From positions 77,327-141,326 of the forward strand of contig CAZNPH010000001.1 in assembly GCA_964574985.1 (NCBI GenBank): a DNA stretch of 64,000 nucleotides. Reading direction: 5' to 3'. A program made the translations under genes and the position numbers. The stretch comes from an uncultured Bacteroidaceae bacterium. Its GTDB lineage: Bacteria; Bacteroidota; Bacteroidia; Bacteroidales; SM23-62. Under the pieces are notes generated by a model. It ran no database searches. It was given only the letters and a program-made list of their open reading frames with translations, and had not been told where the DNA came from. Shown here piece by piece: positions 21,601 to 29,039 of the stretch (its first letter is position 1; the number at the start of each line of letters is the position of its first letter).

Positions 21601-21684
21601 TTCCCGGCCGTAAGGATAAGATTGCTGAGATAAAAGGGGAGGGGATAAAACAAAGAACAGAATCAACGGTATGAACTTTCTCAT
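18607..21684 (-). CDS. Large secreted tetratricopeptide-repeat (TPR) protein
   Basis: The ORF runs 18607..21735. The likely start is the internal ATG at 21684 (MRKFIPLILFFVLSPPLLSQQ, a signal peptide), giving about 1025 aa. The protein is built almost entirely of 34-residue A/Y/F-rich repeats (for example AEYHFKRGYAFFKRKKYAQARTAF). The tail is acidic and low-complexity. Confidence 0.8.
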   Translation of the reverse strand: MRKFIPLILFFVLSPPLLSQQSYPYGRENRDYVRAMDLFRKQKYGTAQKLFDRVIDRPEQETAGILESAEYHKALCAVRLYHDNADHLLYTFIANHPESPGTNDACFEMARYYMDKNRYSMAVQWFERTDPCLLDPDEQAEYHFKRGYAFFKRKKYAQARTAFYEIKDRDTRYTSPAVYYYSHIAYEQKNFETALQGFLRLEDDNTFARVVPYYITQIYYLQEKYDKVIEYAPGLIEKVNEKRLPEMLQVTGEAYFQLDRYQDALPYLERYHGLEKYPGRREKYQLAFTHYSTGDYEKAAKLFREISRRQDKISQNALFHLGDSYLKLDDLNQARMAFSSASKMNFDPDIREDAMFNYALVTFRLSYSPFNEAIRAFNRYIREYPASPRTDQAHNFLLMAFMRTRNYKNALASIEKIRRKDEDIEKAYQRVAYFRGLELFKNLRFHDAINTFDISLKYGKYDPDIKALCYYWKGEAFYRLRQYDKALAQFNDFLLTSGSFQLDVYPVCHYNIGYIHFHRGNYEEANTWFRKFIPLNKDEKSRLIPDAFNRIGDGFFISSAYGRAIEYYENAINAGMLDVDYALFQKAISLGVMGNHNKKIEILENLQEEYPDSPYTDDALYEQGQSLEVLQKPAAAIKKYQEIIGNFPNSGYVSKAYVQLGLQYFNTGRNQEAIENYKKAVTLFPGTAEARHALTGLRNVYMEINNINAYLDFVESMGEMVNITVEEQDSLVYTSAENLYMAGNCERAIHEFSEYISRFEQGNFLINAHFYKAECHRRSGDFARALEDYNYVIRAPRNIFTEPALVSASEINYDLGNIRAALEEFLMLEGLAEVQDHLKMARIGKMRCYFELEEYGNTIDAARELMMNEKLSEELIREARFTIARSFYLQDRLALALEEFRKVSGETKSREGAESKYRVAEILYRRGETDEAEKVIFEFIEENTPHQYWMAKAFVLLSDIYAGRGDDFQAMHTLQSILDYYEETDDGILDIAQKKMNELKAPEDKQGPEQFAEPGSGGENNEEQP

Positions 21685-22033
21685 TGTACCCAAACCCATA
21701 AAAAACAACCTTGAATTCCGTTTAAAGTTACACATTATTGGTATCCCGTTTGGGAGGATCCTCCTTTTTAATTAACATTAAACTGTTAATTTCTCTTTTT
21801 ATTTTTATAATTTGCCGGCAATTTTCAATTGCTCATGATTTTGTTGAAAAGCAGAAGCCTCCATCCCAAAGTTGATTATGTCCAGATCCGTGATGATCAT
21901 TACATGCTTATTGGTTTTTTTCGCACCAAAAAGACCGGATTCCCTGACACGATACCGGGAATCGACCGGCCGGATTCCTTAGATGATATTTTACGGGGCC
22001 TTCCCTACGGAAAAATCATTCAATTGTAGCCGG

Positions 22034-22741
22034 ATGCCGCTGGAGACCATCATATCTTTTGAAGACGCATCGATCTTTATACGTGATCACCTGGTCTTGT
22101 CAGCGGTCACCTTCAATGTTCAGAAAGGAGAATTTGTTTACCTGATCGGAAAAGTTGGCAGCGGAAAAACCAGTCTGATAAAAACCATCAATGCCGAATA
22201 TCCCCTGAAAAAAGGGACTGCAACGGTGGCTGAATTTGATCTCACCAGGATCAAAAAGAAGCAAATCCCGTATTTGCGGAGAAAACTCGGCATCGTTTTC
22301 CAGGATTTTCAATTGCTGATCGACCGGAATGTATATGAAAACCTGTTGTTCGTACTCAAAGCCACCGGATGGAAAAACAAAAAAGAGATTGAAAAACGCA
22401 TATCATACGTTTTGGAAAAGGTCGATCTGAATTTCAAGAGCTATAAAATGCCACACCAGCTTTCCGGGGGAGAACAGCAAAGGGTTGTGATCGCCAGGGC
22501 CCTGCTGAACAATCCGGATATCATACTGGCCGATGAGCCGACCGGAAACCTGGATCCCGAAACTTCCGACAGCATCATGAACATCCTGATAGAAATATCC
22601 AGGAGCGGAAGGGCAGTAATCATGGCTACGCACAATTACAGCATTCTGAACAAATACCAGGCAAGGACCCTGAAATGTGAGCACGGGAAACTCACGGAGA
22701 TCATGCCTTCGGAAATCGATTTCCGTTCAGACGAAAAATAG
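22034..22741 (+). CDS. ftsE: FtsE-like ABC transporter ATP-binding protein
   Basis: The ORF runs 21983..22741. The likely start is the ATG at 22034 (MPLETIISFEDASIF...). It contains GKVGSGKTS (Walker A), LSGGEQQRVVIARAL (signature) and [11 protein letters not shown] (Walker B). Its size of about 235 aa and the short N-terminus resemble FtsE. No ftsX is adjacent. Confidence 0.75.
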   Translation: MPLETIISFEDASIFIRDHLVLSAVTFNVQKGEFVYLIGKVGSGKTSLIKTINAEYPLKKGTATVAEFDLTRIKKKQIPYLRRKLGIVFQDFQLLIDRNVYENLLFVLKATGWKNKKEIEKRISYVLEKVDLNFKSYKMPHQLSGGEQQRVVIARALLNNPDIILADEPTGNLDPETSDSIMNILIEISRSGRAVIMATHNYSILNKYQARTLKCEHGKLTEIMPSEIDFRSDEK

Positions 22742-22747
22742 GTCCGT

Positions 22748-23848
22748 TCACACAAATGCCATATCCCCTTCACCGTCCTGGATCAGGATATTGCCAGGAT
22801 CAGGAAGCTCGCCGGCCAGTTGTCTGGTGACATAATACTCCCGGATCATTTTCTTCCGGTACAAAACATGCACTGGGCTTTTGAAAAAGGCTTCCGATAC
22901 CAGTGGATGAAAACAGGTAAAATAATTCAGTTTCCATTTGATCATTTGTTCATGAATAACATTGATTGCAAGGGATACAGCCGGTTCTTCCCCGAAAAAA
23001 TAAGGCATGGTCATTTTTTTCCCGATGATGGTCAGCAGCATCCATCCGCAAAACGAATCCCGGGAATCGTACAATTTTATGCTCAGATTCCTGAATAGAC
23101 CGGCAGAAGAGGAAAAATTGTATTTCCTGCTCACCGGATCCTTGTTCTTCATCTGAAGGATCCAGGGATACCGGATAATCCATTCAATTTCCCTTGCGTT
23201 GCGATTTGACAGTTCATTCCTGTTTTTCGAAGCGATCAGTTTTTCGATTTCATGGTCTGTTCCGTTTGTAATCGTATGGTATCCGGCAACTTTTCTTCCT
23301 GAATGTTTAACAAAATAAACATAGACGTCATGAAGAAGATTTATCACGGCATCGGCTGAGAAAAGCAGCCATTTCAGTCTTTTCCAGATCATATGCCTGG
23401 CCGGCAGGAGTCCGTGCAAGTCGCTGCGGAAATATGCACGCACACCCTTCATTCCCTTGTAAAGAAAGAATTTCCCGGTTTTATCATATACGGCCCTTGA
23501 TTCTGGGGATGTGCCCGTTGAGATCAGCTTGCCTTTCCACGCCTGGTATACCCTGTGAAACAGTTCGGTGGAATATCCTTTCCTGCGGCAGTCGGGCCGC
23601 ACCCAATTTCCGCTGAGCCATGCCAGATGATGGCCGTGAACATCGTCGGGCAATACCGTCCTGTATGCAACCAATTCACCCTCCAGGTCAGTCATGACAA
23701 ACAATACAGGATCATCGGGGTGCATCCTCGGATTATGAACATAAGAATCGGCCCGCTGGGGACTGACGGGCAGGTCCCGCGAACGGGCAAATTGTTCGGA
23801 TCCTGTATATTCCGGGAGTTGACTGACCGTATAAATATTGATCTCCAT
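22748..23848 (-). CDS. Hypothetical protein with an N-terminal GNAT-like acyltransferase region
   Basis: 366 aa. WLSGNWVRPDCRRKGYSTELFHRVYQ resembles GNAT motif A (R-x-x-G-x-S/A). There is no signal peptide. It is the last gene of a tightly spaced minus-strand operon. Confidence 0.5.
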   Translation of the reverse strand: MEINIYTVSQLPEYTGSEQFARSRDLPVSPQRADSYVHNPRMHPDDPVLFVMTDLEGELVAYRTVLPDDVHGHHLAWLSGNWVRPDCRRKGYSTELFHRVYQAWKGKLISTGTSPESRAVYDKTGKFFLYKGMKGVRAYFRSDLHGLLPARHMIWKRLKWLLFSADAVINLLHDVYVYFVKHSGRKVAGYHTITNGTDHEIEKLIASKNRNELSNRNAREIEWIIRYPWILQMKNKDPVSRKYNFSSSAGLFRNLSIKLYDSRDSFCGWMLLTIIGKKMTMPYFFGEEPAVSLAINVIHEQMIKWKLNYFTCFHPLVSEAFFKSPVHVLYRKKMIREYYVTRQLAGELPDPGNILIQDGEGDMAFV

Positions 23849-23850
23849 GA

Positions 23851-24822
23851 TTATTTCCGGACGATCTCATTTTTATTCAGCGGCACCTTGCATAAATAAC
23901 GCACATACTGACCGGTCATGACCGAAGCAAACGAACCGGCATATCTCTCCATAGGGATCCTTTGCAAATGAAAGGGTTCCTGATCCTTTTTCAATCCGGC
24001 CGTACCGAAAGTCAGACTTGGGCAGGTCTTTTCTTCCGAATACAGTATCCTGAAAAAATTGCCGGATACCCGGTGATCGGTAAAAGGGAAAGCAAACACC
24101 CGGTACTTCTGAGGGATAATCCGGGATACACCGGCCATTCCTTCACGGGTCTGACTGATCTGCTCTTCAGTGCCGATTTCCTGATAATCCCTGTGGTCAA
24201 TGCCGTGTGATCCGATGGTAAAACCTTTGCCGGCCATGTCTTTCAATTCATCAGGGTTCAGATAAGGACGTTTTTTCCTCAGATATTTTCCGAAGTCAAC
24301 GTCCATCCGATTTGCCAGCGTTTCCAGCTGATCCTTCCCTGGAAATCTCAGTTTCAGCAATGAGTAAGGATCTTTACGGGGCACTTTGCCTTGGGCAACC
24401 CATTGATTCCATTCTGCCCGATTCTTCAAAGCATGTTTAAGCAATATGGCCGCCTTGAACCTGTAAAAAAGGTCATGGTTTCCAATGAAAGCAGGATTCA
24501 CAAAAAATGTCGCGGGAACTCCTTTTCGCAACAACAGGGGCATAATGACCTCATGGCACTCCCGGAGTCCGTCATCAAATGACAGGTGAAGGACTGGCTT
24601 TCCGCTGCTCCCTCCTTCCCGCACATAATCAATCAGTCCGGCAAGATCGGTCACGGTGTAATGAAGCAACATCTGATCAAGATCCCTTATGAATTCTGCC
24701 GTACCGCGAACCCTGAACAAACGGAAGACATGATCAGGGGGCCGGTTGCTTACCAGGTGATAAAAGGGCAGTACCGGTATCCGTATACGGGATAATCTGA
24801 ACAGTTTGATCATCAATGCCAT
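23851..24822 (-). CDS. Polysaccharide deacetylase (NodB/CE4-type) family protein
   Basis: The ORF runs 23851..25098. The likely start is the ATG at 24822 (MALMIKLF...), 1 nt after the upstream stop, and the longer extension overlaps the upstream gene. NodB motifs are present: LHLSFDDGLRECHEV (the Asp-Asp motif), ATFFVNPAF and TIGSHGIDHRDY (the His motif). Confidence 0.75.
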   Translation of the reverse strand: MALMIKLFRLSRIRIPVLPFYHLVSNRPPDHVFRLFRVRGTAEFIRDLDQMLLHYTVTDLAGLIDYVREGGSSGKPVLHLSFDDGLRECHEVIMPLLLRKGVPATFFVNPAFIGNHDLFYRFKAAILLKHALKNRAEWNQWVAQGKVPRKDPYSLLKLRFPGKDQLETLANRMDVDFGKYLRKKRPYLNPDELKDMAGKGFTIGSHGIDHRDYQEIGTEEQISQTREGMAGVSRIIPQKYRVFAFPFTDHRVSGNFFRILYSEEKTCPSLTFGTAGLKKDQEPFHLQRIPMERYAGSFASVMTGQYVRYLCKVPLNKNEIVRK

Positions 24823-24823
24823 T

Positions 24824-25738
24824 TTATTTAATCTTTTTAAACCGCCGTATCCACCAGGGAAGATGGTTGATGACCAAACGATGATATGTTTGTCTGGCCG
24901 CCCCGTAGCCCCCGTAAAACCTGGCCAGTCCGGGAATCTCCGATCCTTCGAAATCCAGCAGCAGCGCACTGCCCGAGAATTCCCGCAATATGCGGTCCAA
25001 CAGCAAAAACATGGCACGCAGTTCCCTGCCTTTCCCGGATGAAGCGGACAGAAGATATATGAGACGTGTCCTGCTTCGCAGAAGCAAAGTGGCTGCAAGC
25101 GGATCCTGGTCGGGTCCGGTCACCATCCAGACTTCCCCCCGTTTTTTTTCCAGGGATTTCCGGATCAGAAGTTCCATCCGTTCATATACCCGTGCCGGAA
25201 ATTTCGTATATGCGAACCGTTTCTTCAGATTCAGCATTTCCCGTGAATAATCTCCCCGATGAACGATGAGTCCGTGCGCCCCGGCCCTGGCGATATTCCT
25301 TCTTGTATTGGTTGCATAATCAGCGGAAATGCGTTCATAATCCATATTCATATCAAGCACATAATTGGGGCGGGCATGCCATGCGGCATCAGGCATCGGG
25401 ACAACGGGGACTCCTCCGTGAAAGCATACATCGACCCATTTGAATCCGGAGGGAATGGCATCCAGAAAATACCGGGTCATTTCAGGGGAAACAGGCCCTG
25501 GGGTAAATATGCCCAACTGCTGGGCAAAAAGAGGCTGGAACAGATAATCGACGCCCAGTTTGTTTCCCCGGGTGAGGGGAAGCACGGCCCCGTAATCATT
25601 CATGACCAGGGCAGACCATCCGGGACATACTATATCAAGGTACCAGTCATATGCATAAGCCGTTTCAAACCGGGCTTCCGCAATGCATTCGTTCCAATGT
25701 TTGCGCTCAATTTCCTTGTTTTCCAGATATCTGACCAT
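24824..25738 (-). CDS. FemAB/CelD-like GNAT-fold acyl- or aminoacyl-transferase (tentative)
   Basis: 304 aa. It has an N-terminal non-catalytic half and a C-terminal half with ...IYLLSASSGKGRELRAMFLLLDRILREFSGSALLLDFEGSEIPGLARFYGGYGA, reminiscent of the Acetyltransf_6/FemAB-type fold. It starts 9 nt after the mutS2 stop. The assignment is by eye only. Confidence 0.45.
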   Translation of the reverse strand: MVRYLENKEIERKHWNECIAEARFETAYAYDWYLDIVCPGWSALVMNDYGAVLPLTRGNKLGVDYLFQPLFAQQLGIFTPGPVSPEMTRYFLDAIPSGFKWVDVCFHGGVPVVPMPDAAWHARPNYVLDMNMDYERISADYATNTRRNIARAGAHGLIVHRGDYSREMLNLKKRFAYTKFPARVYERMELLIRKSLEKKRGEVWMVTGPDQDPLAATLLLRSRTRLIYLLSASSGKGRELRAMFLLLDRILREFSGSALLLDFEGSEIPGLARFYGGYGAARQTYHRLVINHLPWWIRRFKKIK

Positions 25739-25747
25739 TCCAATCAG

Positions 25748-28234
25748 TTACACATCCAGGTTGACAACGGTCACCCCTGTTCCGCCCGAACGAATATGTT
25801 CATCATGATAATCTGCAACCACATCAATGCCTTCGAGGTACTGCCTGATCAACTGCCGGAGGATCCCGTCCCCCTTTCCGTGGATGATCCTTAAACGGGA
25901 TTCCTGCAGAACGATGGCCTCATCGATGAATTCCTGCACTTCTTCCAGTGCTGATTCGCCTCTGTGTCCACGGACATCGAGCTCCGAACTGAACTGAAAT
26001 TTTCGTTTCCCGGGATCCCAGTCGTGCAGCAAATGCCGGGCCGGTTTTCCCCGGTTCATTTCCCGGTATTCACCGGGGCTGATTTTTTCCAGTTTGCCTG
26101 CATCTGCAATGGTGATCATGTTCCCGATGCTCACCCTGACCTTCTTTCCTTTGCGGGCGATCACCTCGCCAATGTTGTCCTGGCCCTTTATTTTCACATG
26201 ATCACCGGTCCGGATAATGGTATCTTTCATTTTTGCTGTTTTTCTGCCCCGGGGGCTCGGAGCGGAATGTTTATCCATTTGCCGGAGGCGGGAACGGACT
26301 TTCTGCAGTTTTTTATCCAGGATAGCATTTTCCTTTCGGGTTTCCCGTTCAGATTGTTTCTTCCTAAAATCTTCCAGTTCCTTTCTTGCCCGCCTTGTTT
26401 TTTCCTTCCCGGCCAGGTTTTCTTTAATTATCCTTATGGTATTTTCGATCTTTTTATTGGCGTCCGCAATGAGTTCCTCCGCTTCTTCCCTTGCCTGCTT
26501 CAGAATGGTGTTCTTTCCTGAGGCAAGTTTTTCCAGTTCGGATTCATACTGCTGCATCATGTCCGTAAGTTTCTTTTCTGCCTTACGGATCCTGTTTCGT
26601 TTGTTCTCCCAGTATTTCTTGTCCCTGATGATGTCCTTCAGATGCCGGTCAAAGCTTACCTGTTCTTCCCCGGCTTTGTCTGTGGCACGTTTCAGAATCT
26701 TCTCCGGGAGTCCGATGCCACGGGCAATCTCAAAAGCAAAAGAACTTCCGGGCTGGCCGATGGCCAGTTTGTAGAGTGGCTTCATATGCTCCGTATCAAA
26801 GATCATGGCCCCGTTTCCAATGCCTTCTGCTCCGGCGGCAAAATGCTTCAGGTTGGAATAGTGGGTGGTAATTACACCAAATGCCCCTGTTTCGCTCAGC
26901 CGTTCAAATATGGTTTCTGCAATGGCGCCTCCCAGGGCTGGTTCGGTTCCTGCACCGAATTCATCGATCAACAAAAGGGTATGCTGACCGGCGTTTTTCA
27001 GAAAATACTTCATGTTGAGCAAATGGGAACTGTAGGTGCTCAGATCGTTTTCAATGGACTGCTCGTCGCCGATGTTGATGAAAATGTCATTGAATATTCC
27101 CATTTCAGAACCCTCATCCACAGGGACCAGCAATCCGCATTGCAACATATACTGCAGCAATCCGGTCGTTTGCAGGCATACCGATTTCCCTCCCGCGTTG
27201 GGACCGGATATCAAAAGCATCCTTTGTTTTTTTTCCAGCCTGATGTCCAGGGGGACCACTTCCCTGCCCTCTTTCCCCAACGCCATTTTCAATAAGGGAT
27301 GAATGGCTTTTTTCCATTTCAGCACCGGTTCATTTTTCACAAGGGGCCGGATCGCGTTGATTTGTCTGGCAAACAGTGCCTTGGCTCTGATCAGATCAAT
27401 TTTTGCCAGGAAATCGTTCAAAGCCAGAAGTTCCTCCCGGTATGGCCTGATATCATCAGCGGCAGCCAGCAGGATCTTCATGATCTCCCTTTTTTCGGCA
27501 TACTCAAGTTCGCGCAGCAGATTGTTCATTTCCACCACTTCCGCAGGTTCAATATATACAGTTCTTCCGGTGGCGGACTCATCATGGACGATACCGTTCA
27601 GGGAACGCTTGTATTTGGAATTGACGGGGATCACCAGCCGGCCGTTCCTGAATGCCATGCCGGTTTCCCGGTCTGTGTACCCGGCATTTCGGGCATTTTT
27701 TAACAGACGATCCATTTTTTTTGAGATTTCAGCCTGTTTCAGGACCTTGTTTTTACGGATGGCAGCCAGTTCCCGGGACGCCGAATCCCTGACCTCCCCC
27801 CTGGCCGAAAGGATCCGGTCTATCCTTTGGGTCACATAGGGATAGAACTTAACAGACCGGCACAGTTCGGCCATCTCCGGATGAAGCACATCTTCTTCTT
27901 CGGCGAAAAACATAAGGATGGCCCTGACCGTTTGCAGCATTTTTCTCAAATCATGCAATTCCCCGGCTTCGAGGAAAGTGCCTTCCGCCCGGATGCCGGA
28001 CAGTGGTCCTTCCATGTCAATAAAATTCTGCAAAGGAAAATCCCCGGGGCCTTTTACGATGTCAAGGAATTCTTCCGTCTGCCGGAGCAATGGCCGGATC
28101 TCTGCGAGATCATGGTAAAATGCCATTTTATCCGCCTGCCTGCGACCCGGTTCAAACAGGCAATGTTGCCTGATCAGTTCCCTGATCCGGTCAAAACCGA
28201 TCTTTTCCTCGAAGTTTTTAGGATAACAAACCAT
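25748..28234 (-). CDS. mutS2: Endonuclease MutS2 (MutS-family ATPase with a C-terminal Smr domain)
   Basis: 828 aa. It contains LLISGPNAGGKSV (Walker A), LLLIDEFGAGTEP, a long coiled-coil linker, and a C-terminal Smr (ELDVRGHRGESALEEVQEFIDEA...RIIHGKGDGILR). Confidence 0.95.
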   Translation of the reverse strand: MVCYPKNFEEKIGFDRIRELIRQHCLFEPGRRQADKMAFYHDLAEIRPLLRQTEEFLDIVKGPGDFPLQNFIDMEGPLSGIRAEGTFLEAGELHDLRKMLQTVRAILMFFAEEEDVLHPEMAELCRSVKFYPYVTQRIDRILSARGEVRDSASRELAAIRKNKVLKQAEISKKMDRLLKNARNAGYTDRETGMAFRNGRLVIPVNSKYKRSLNGIVHDESATGRTVYIEPAEVVEMNNLLRELEYAEKREIMKILLAAADDIRPYREELLALNDFLAKIDLIRAKALFARQINAIRPLVKNEPVLKWKKAIHPLLKMALGKEGREVVPLDIRLEKKQRMLLISGPNAGGKSVCLQTTGLLQYMLQCGLLVPVDEGSEMGIFNDIFINIGDEQSIENDLSTYSSHLLNMKYFLKNAGQHTLLLIDEFGAGTEPALGGAIAETIFERLSETGAFGVITTHYSNLKHFAAGAEGIGNGAMIFDTEHMKPLYKLAIGQPGSSFAFEIARGIGLPEKILKRATDKAGEEQVSFDRHLKDIIRDKKYWENKRNRIRKAEKKLTDMMQQYESELEKLASGKNTILKQAREEAEELIADANKKIENTIRIIKENLAGKEKTRRARKELEDFRKKQSERETRKENAILDKKLQKVRSRLRQMDKHSAPSPRGRKTAKMKDTIIRTGDHVKIKGQDNIGEVIARKGKKVRVSIGNMITIADAGKLEKISPGEYREMNRGKPARHLLHDWDPGKRKFQFSSELDVRGHRGESALEEVQEFIDEAIVLQESRLRIIHGKGDGILRQLIRQYLEGIDVVADYHDEHIRSGGTGVTVVNLDV

Positions 28235-28250
28235 AAGCAGCCTGATGCAT

Positions 28251-28258
28251 CAAAATTA
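28251..28258 (-). promoter_or_regulatory. Candidate -7 box (TAATTTTG on the reverse strand) upstream of mutS2
   Basis: This is an exact TAnnTTTG match, 16 nt upstream of the mutS2 ATG at 28234. Confidence 0.4.
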
Positions 28259-28295
28259 ACATTTTGTACCTTGGTCAGGAAAAAAAATCCCGGAA

Positions 28296-29039
28296 ATGAG
28301 AAACACGGCAATCAACCGGTCATTCATCTGGGCCACTTTCTTCAGCATTGCAATGGCATTTGTGGAAAGTGCAGTGGTAATATACCTCCGGGAGATCATG
28401 TACCCCCGCGGATTTTCATTTCCGCTGGCCCCCATTGAGCAAACCCTTGCACTGACGGAGATCATCCGCGAGGCAGCCACCCTGATCATGCTCCTCTCTT
28501 TTGCATGTCTGGCCGGCAAAGATTTCCCTGCAAAGTTTGCCTATTTTCTTTACTGCTTTGCATTATGGGACATTTTCTACTATGTATTTCTGAAATTGCT
28601 GCTTGGCTGGCCGGAATCCCTGATGACATGGGATATACTTTTCCTCATTCCGGTCAGCTGGGTGGGACCGGTTGTGGCTCCCCTGATCGTTTCCCTGATC
28701 ATGATCGCATTTGCTCTTTCGATTTTTCATTTCAGCCGGAAAAAGAAAAAGCCGAGGATCGTCAGGAGGGAATGGATGCTGCTGATTCTTGGTTCTCTTT
28801 TCCTCATCGTTGCATTTTCCCGGGACTATACCGGATTTATGCTGGAAAACTTCAGCGTGTCCGATCTGGTCACCGGCCCAAGGGAAGAATTATTCAGAAC
28901 GGCACAACGTTTTGTGCCCCAAAAATTCAATTGGTGGCTGTATTCTGCAGGATTGACGATCATTCTTGCCGGAATCGGCTTGTTTATTTCAAGAAACCGG
29001 TCCGATCGAAGTTTGCGATCACCGGGTCCTGCCCAGTAA
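28296..29039 (+). CDS. Integral membrane protein of unknown function (about 6 TM)
   Basis: 247 aa with repeated hydrophobic helices (FIWATFFSIAMAFVESAVVIYL, FAYFLYCFALWDIFYYVFLKLLL, WVGPVVAPLIVSLIMIAFAL...). I recognise no family. Its 3' end overlaps the ptrB 3' end by 21 nt. Confidence 0.6.
   Translation: MRNTAINRSFIWATFFSIAMAFVESAVVIYLREIMYPRGFSFPLAPIEQTLALTEIIREAATLIMLLSFACLAGKDFPAKFAYFLYCFALWDIFYYVFLKLLLGWPESLMTWDILFLIPVSWVGPVVAPLIVSLIMIAFALSIFHFSRKKKKPRIVRREWMLLILGSLFLIVAFSRDYTGFMLENFSVSDLVTGPREELFRTAQRFVPQKFNWWLYSAGLTIILAGIGLFISRNRSDRSLRSPGPAQ

Noticed and set aside
16949-21684. Calling the TPR protein PorW/SprE (a T9SS component)
   Set aside because: The only resemblance is in size and TPR content. 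There is no lipoprotein Cys, no other T9SS genes nearby and no diagnostic motif I can verify. The idea is kept as a hypothesis inside a finding, not as an annotation.
21829-22029. 66-aa ORF in the TPR/ftsE spacer as a real gene
   Set aside because: It has no recognisable domain, signal or TM segment and no promoter box, and it ends just before the ftsE ATG. It is more likely leader or regulatory sequence.
24823-25098. 92-codon N-terminal extension of the polysaccharide deacetylase ORF
   Set aside because: The extension is Cys/Trp-rich nonsense that overlaps the 3' end of the upstream FemAB-like gene. The ATG at 24822 gives a normal-length NodB protein with a 1-nt spacer.
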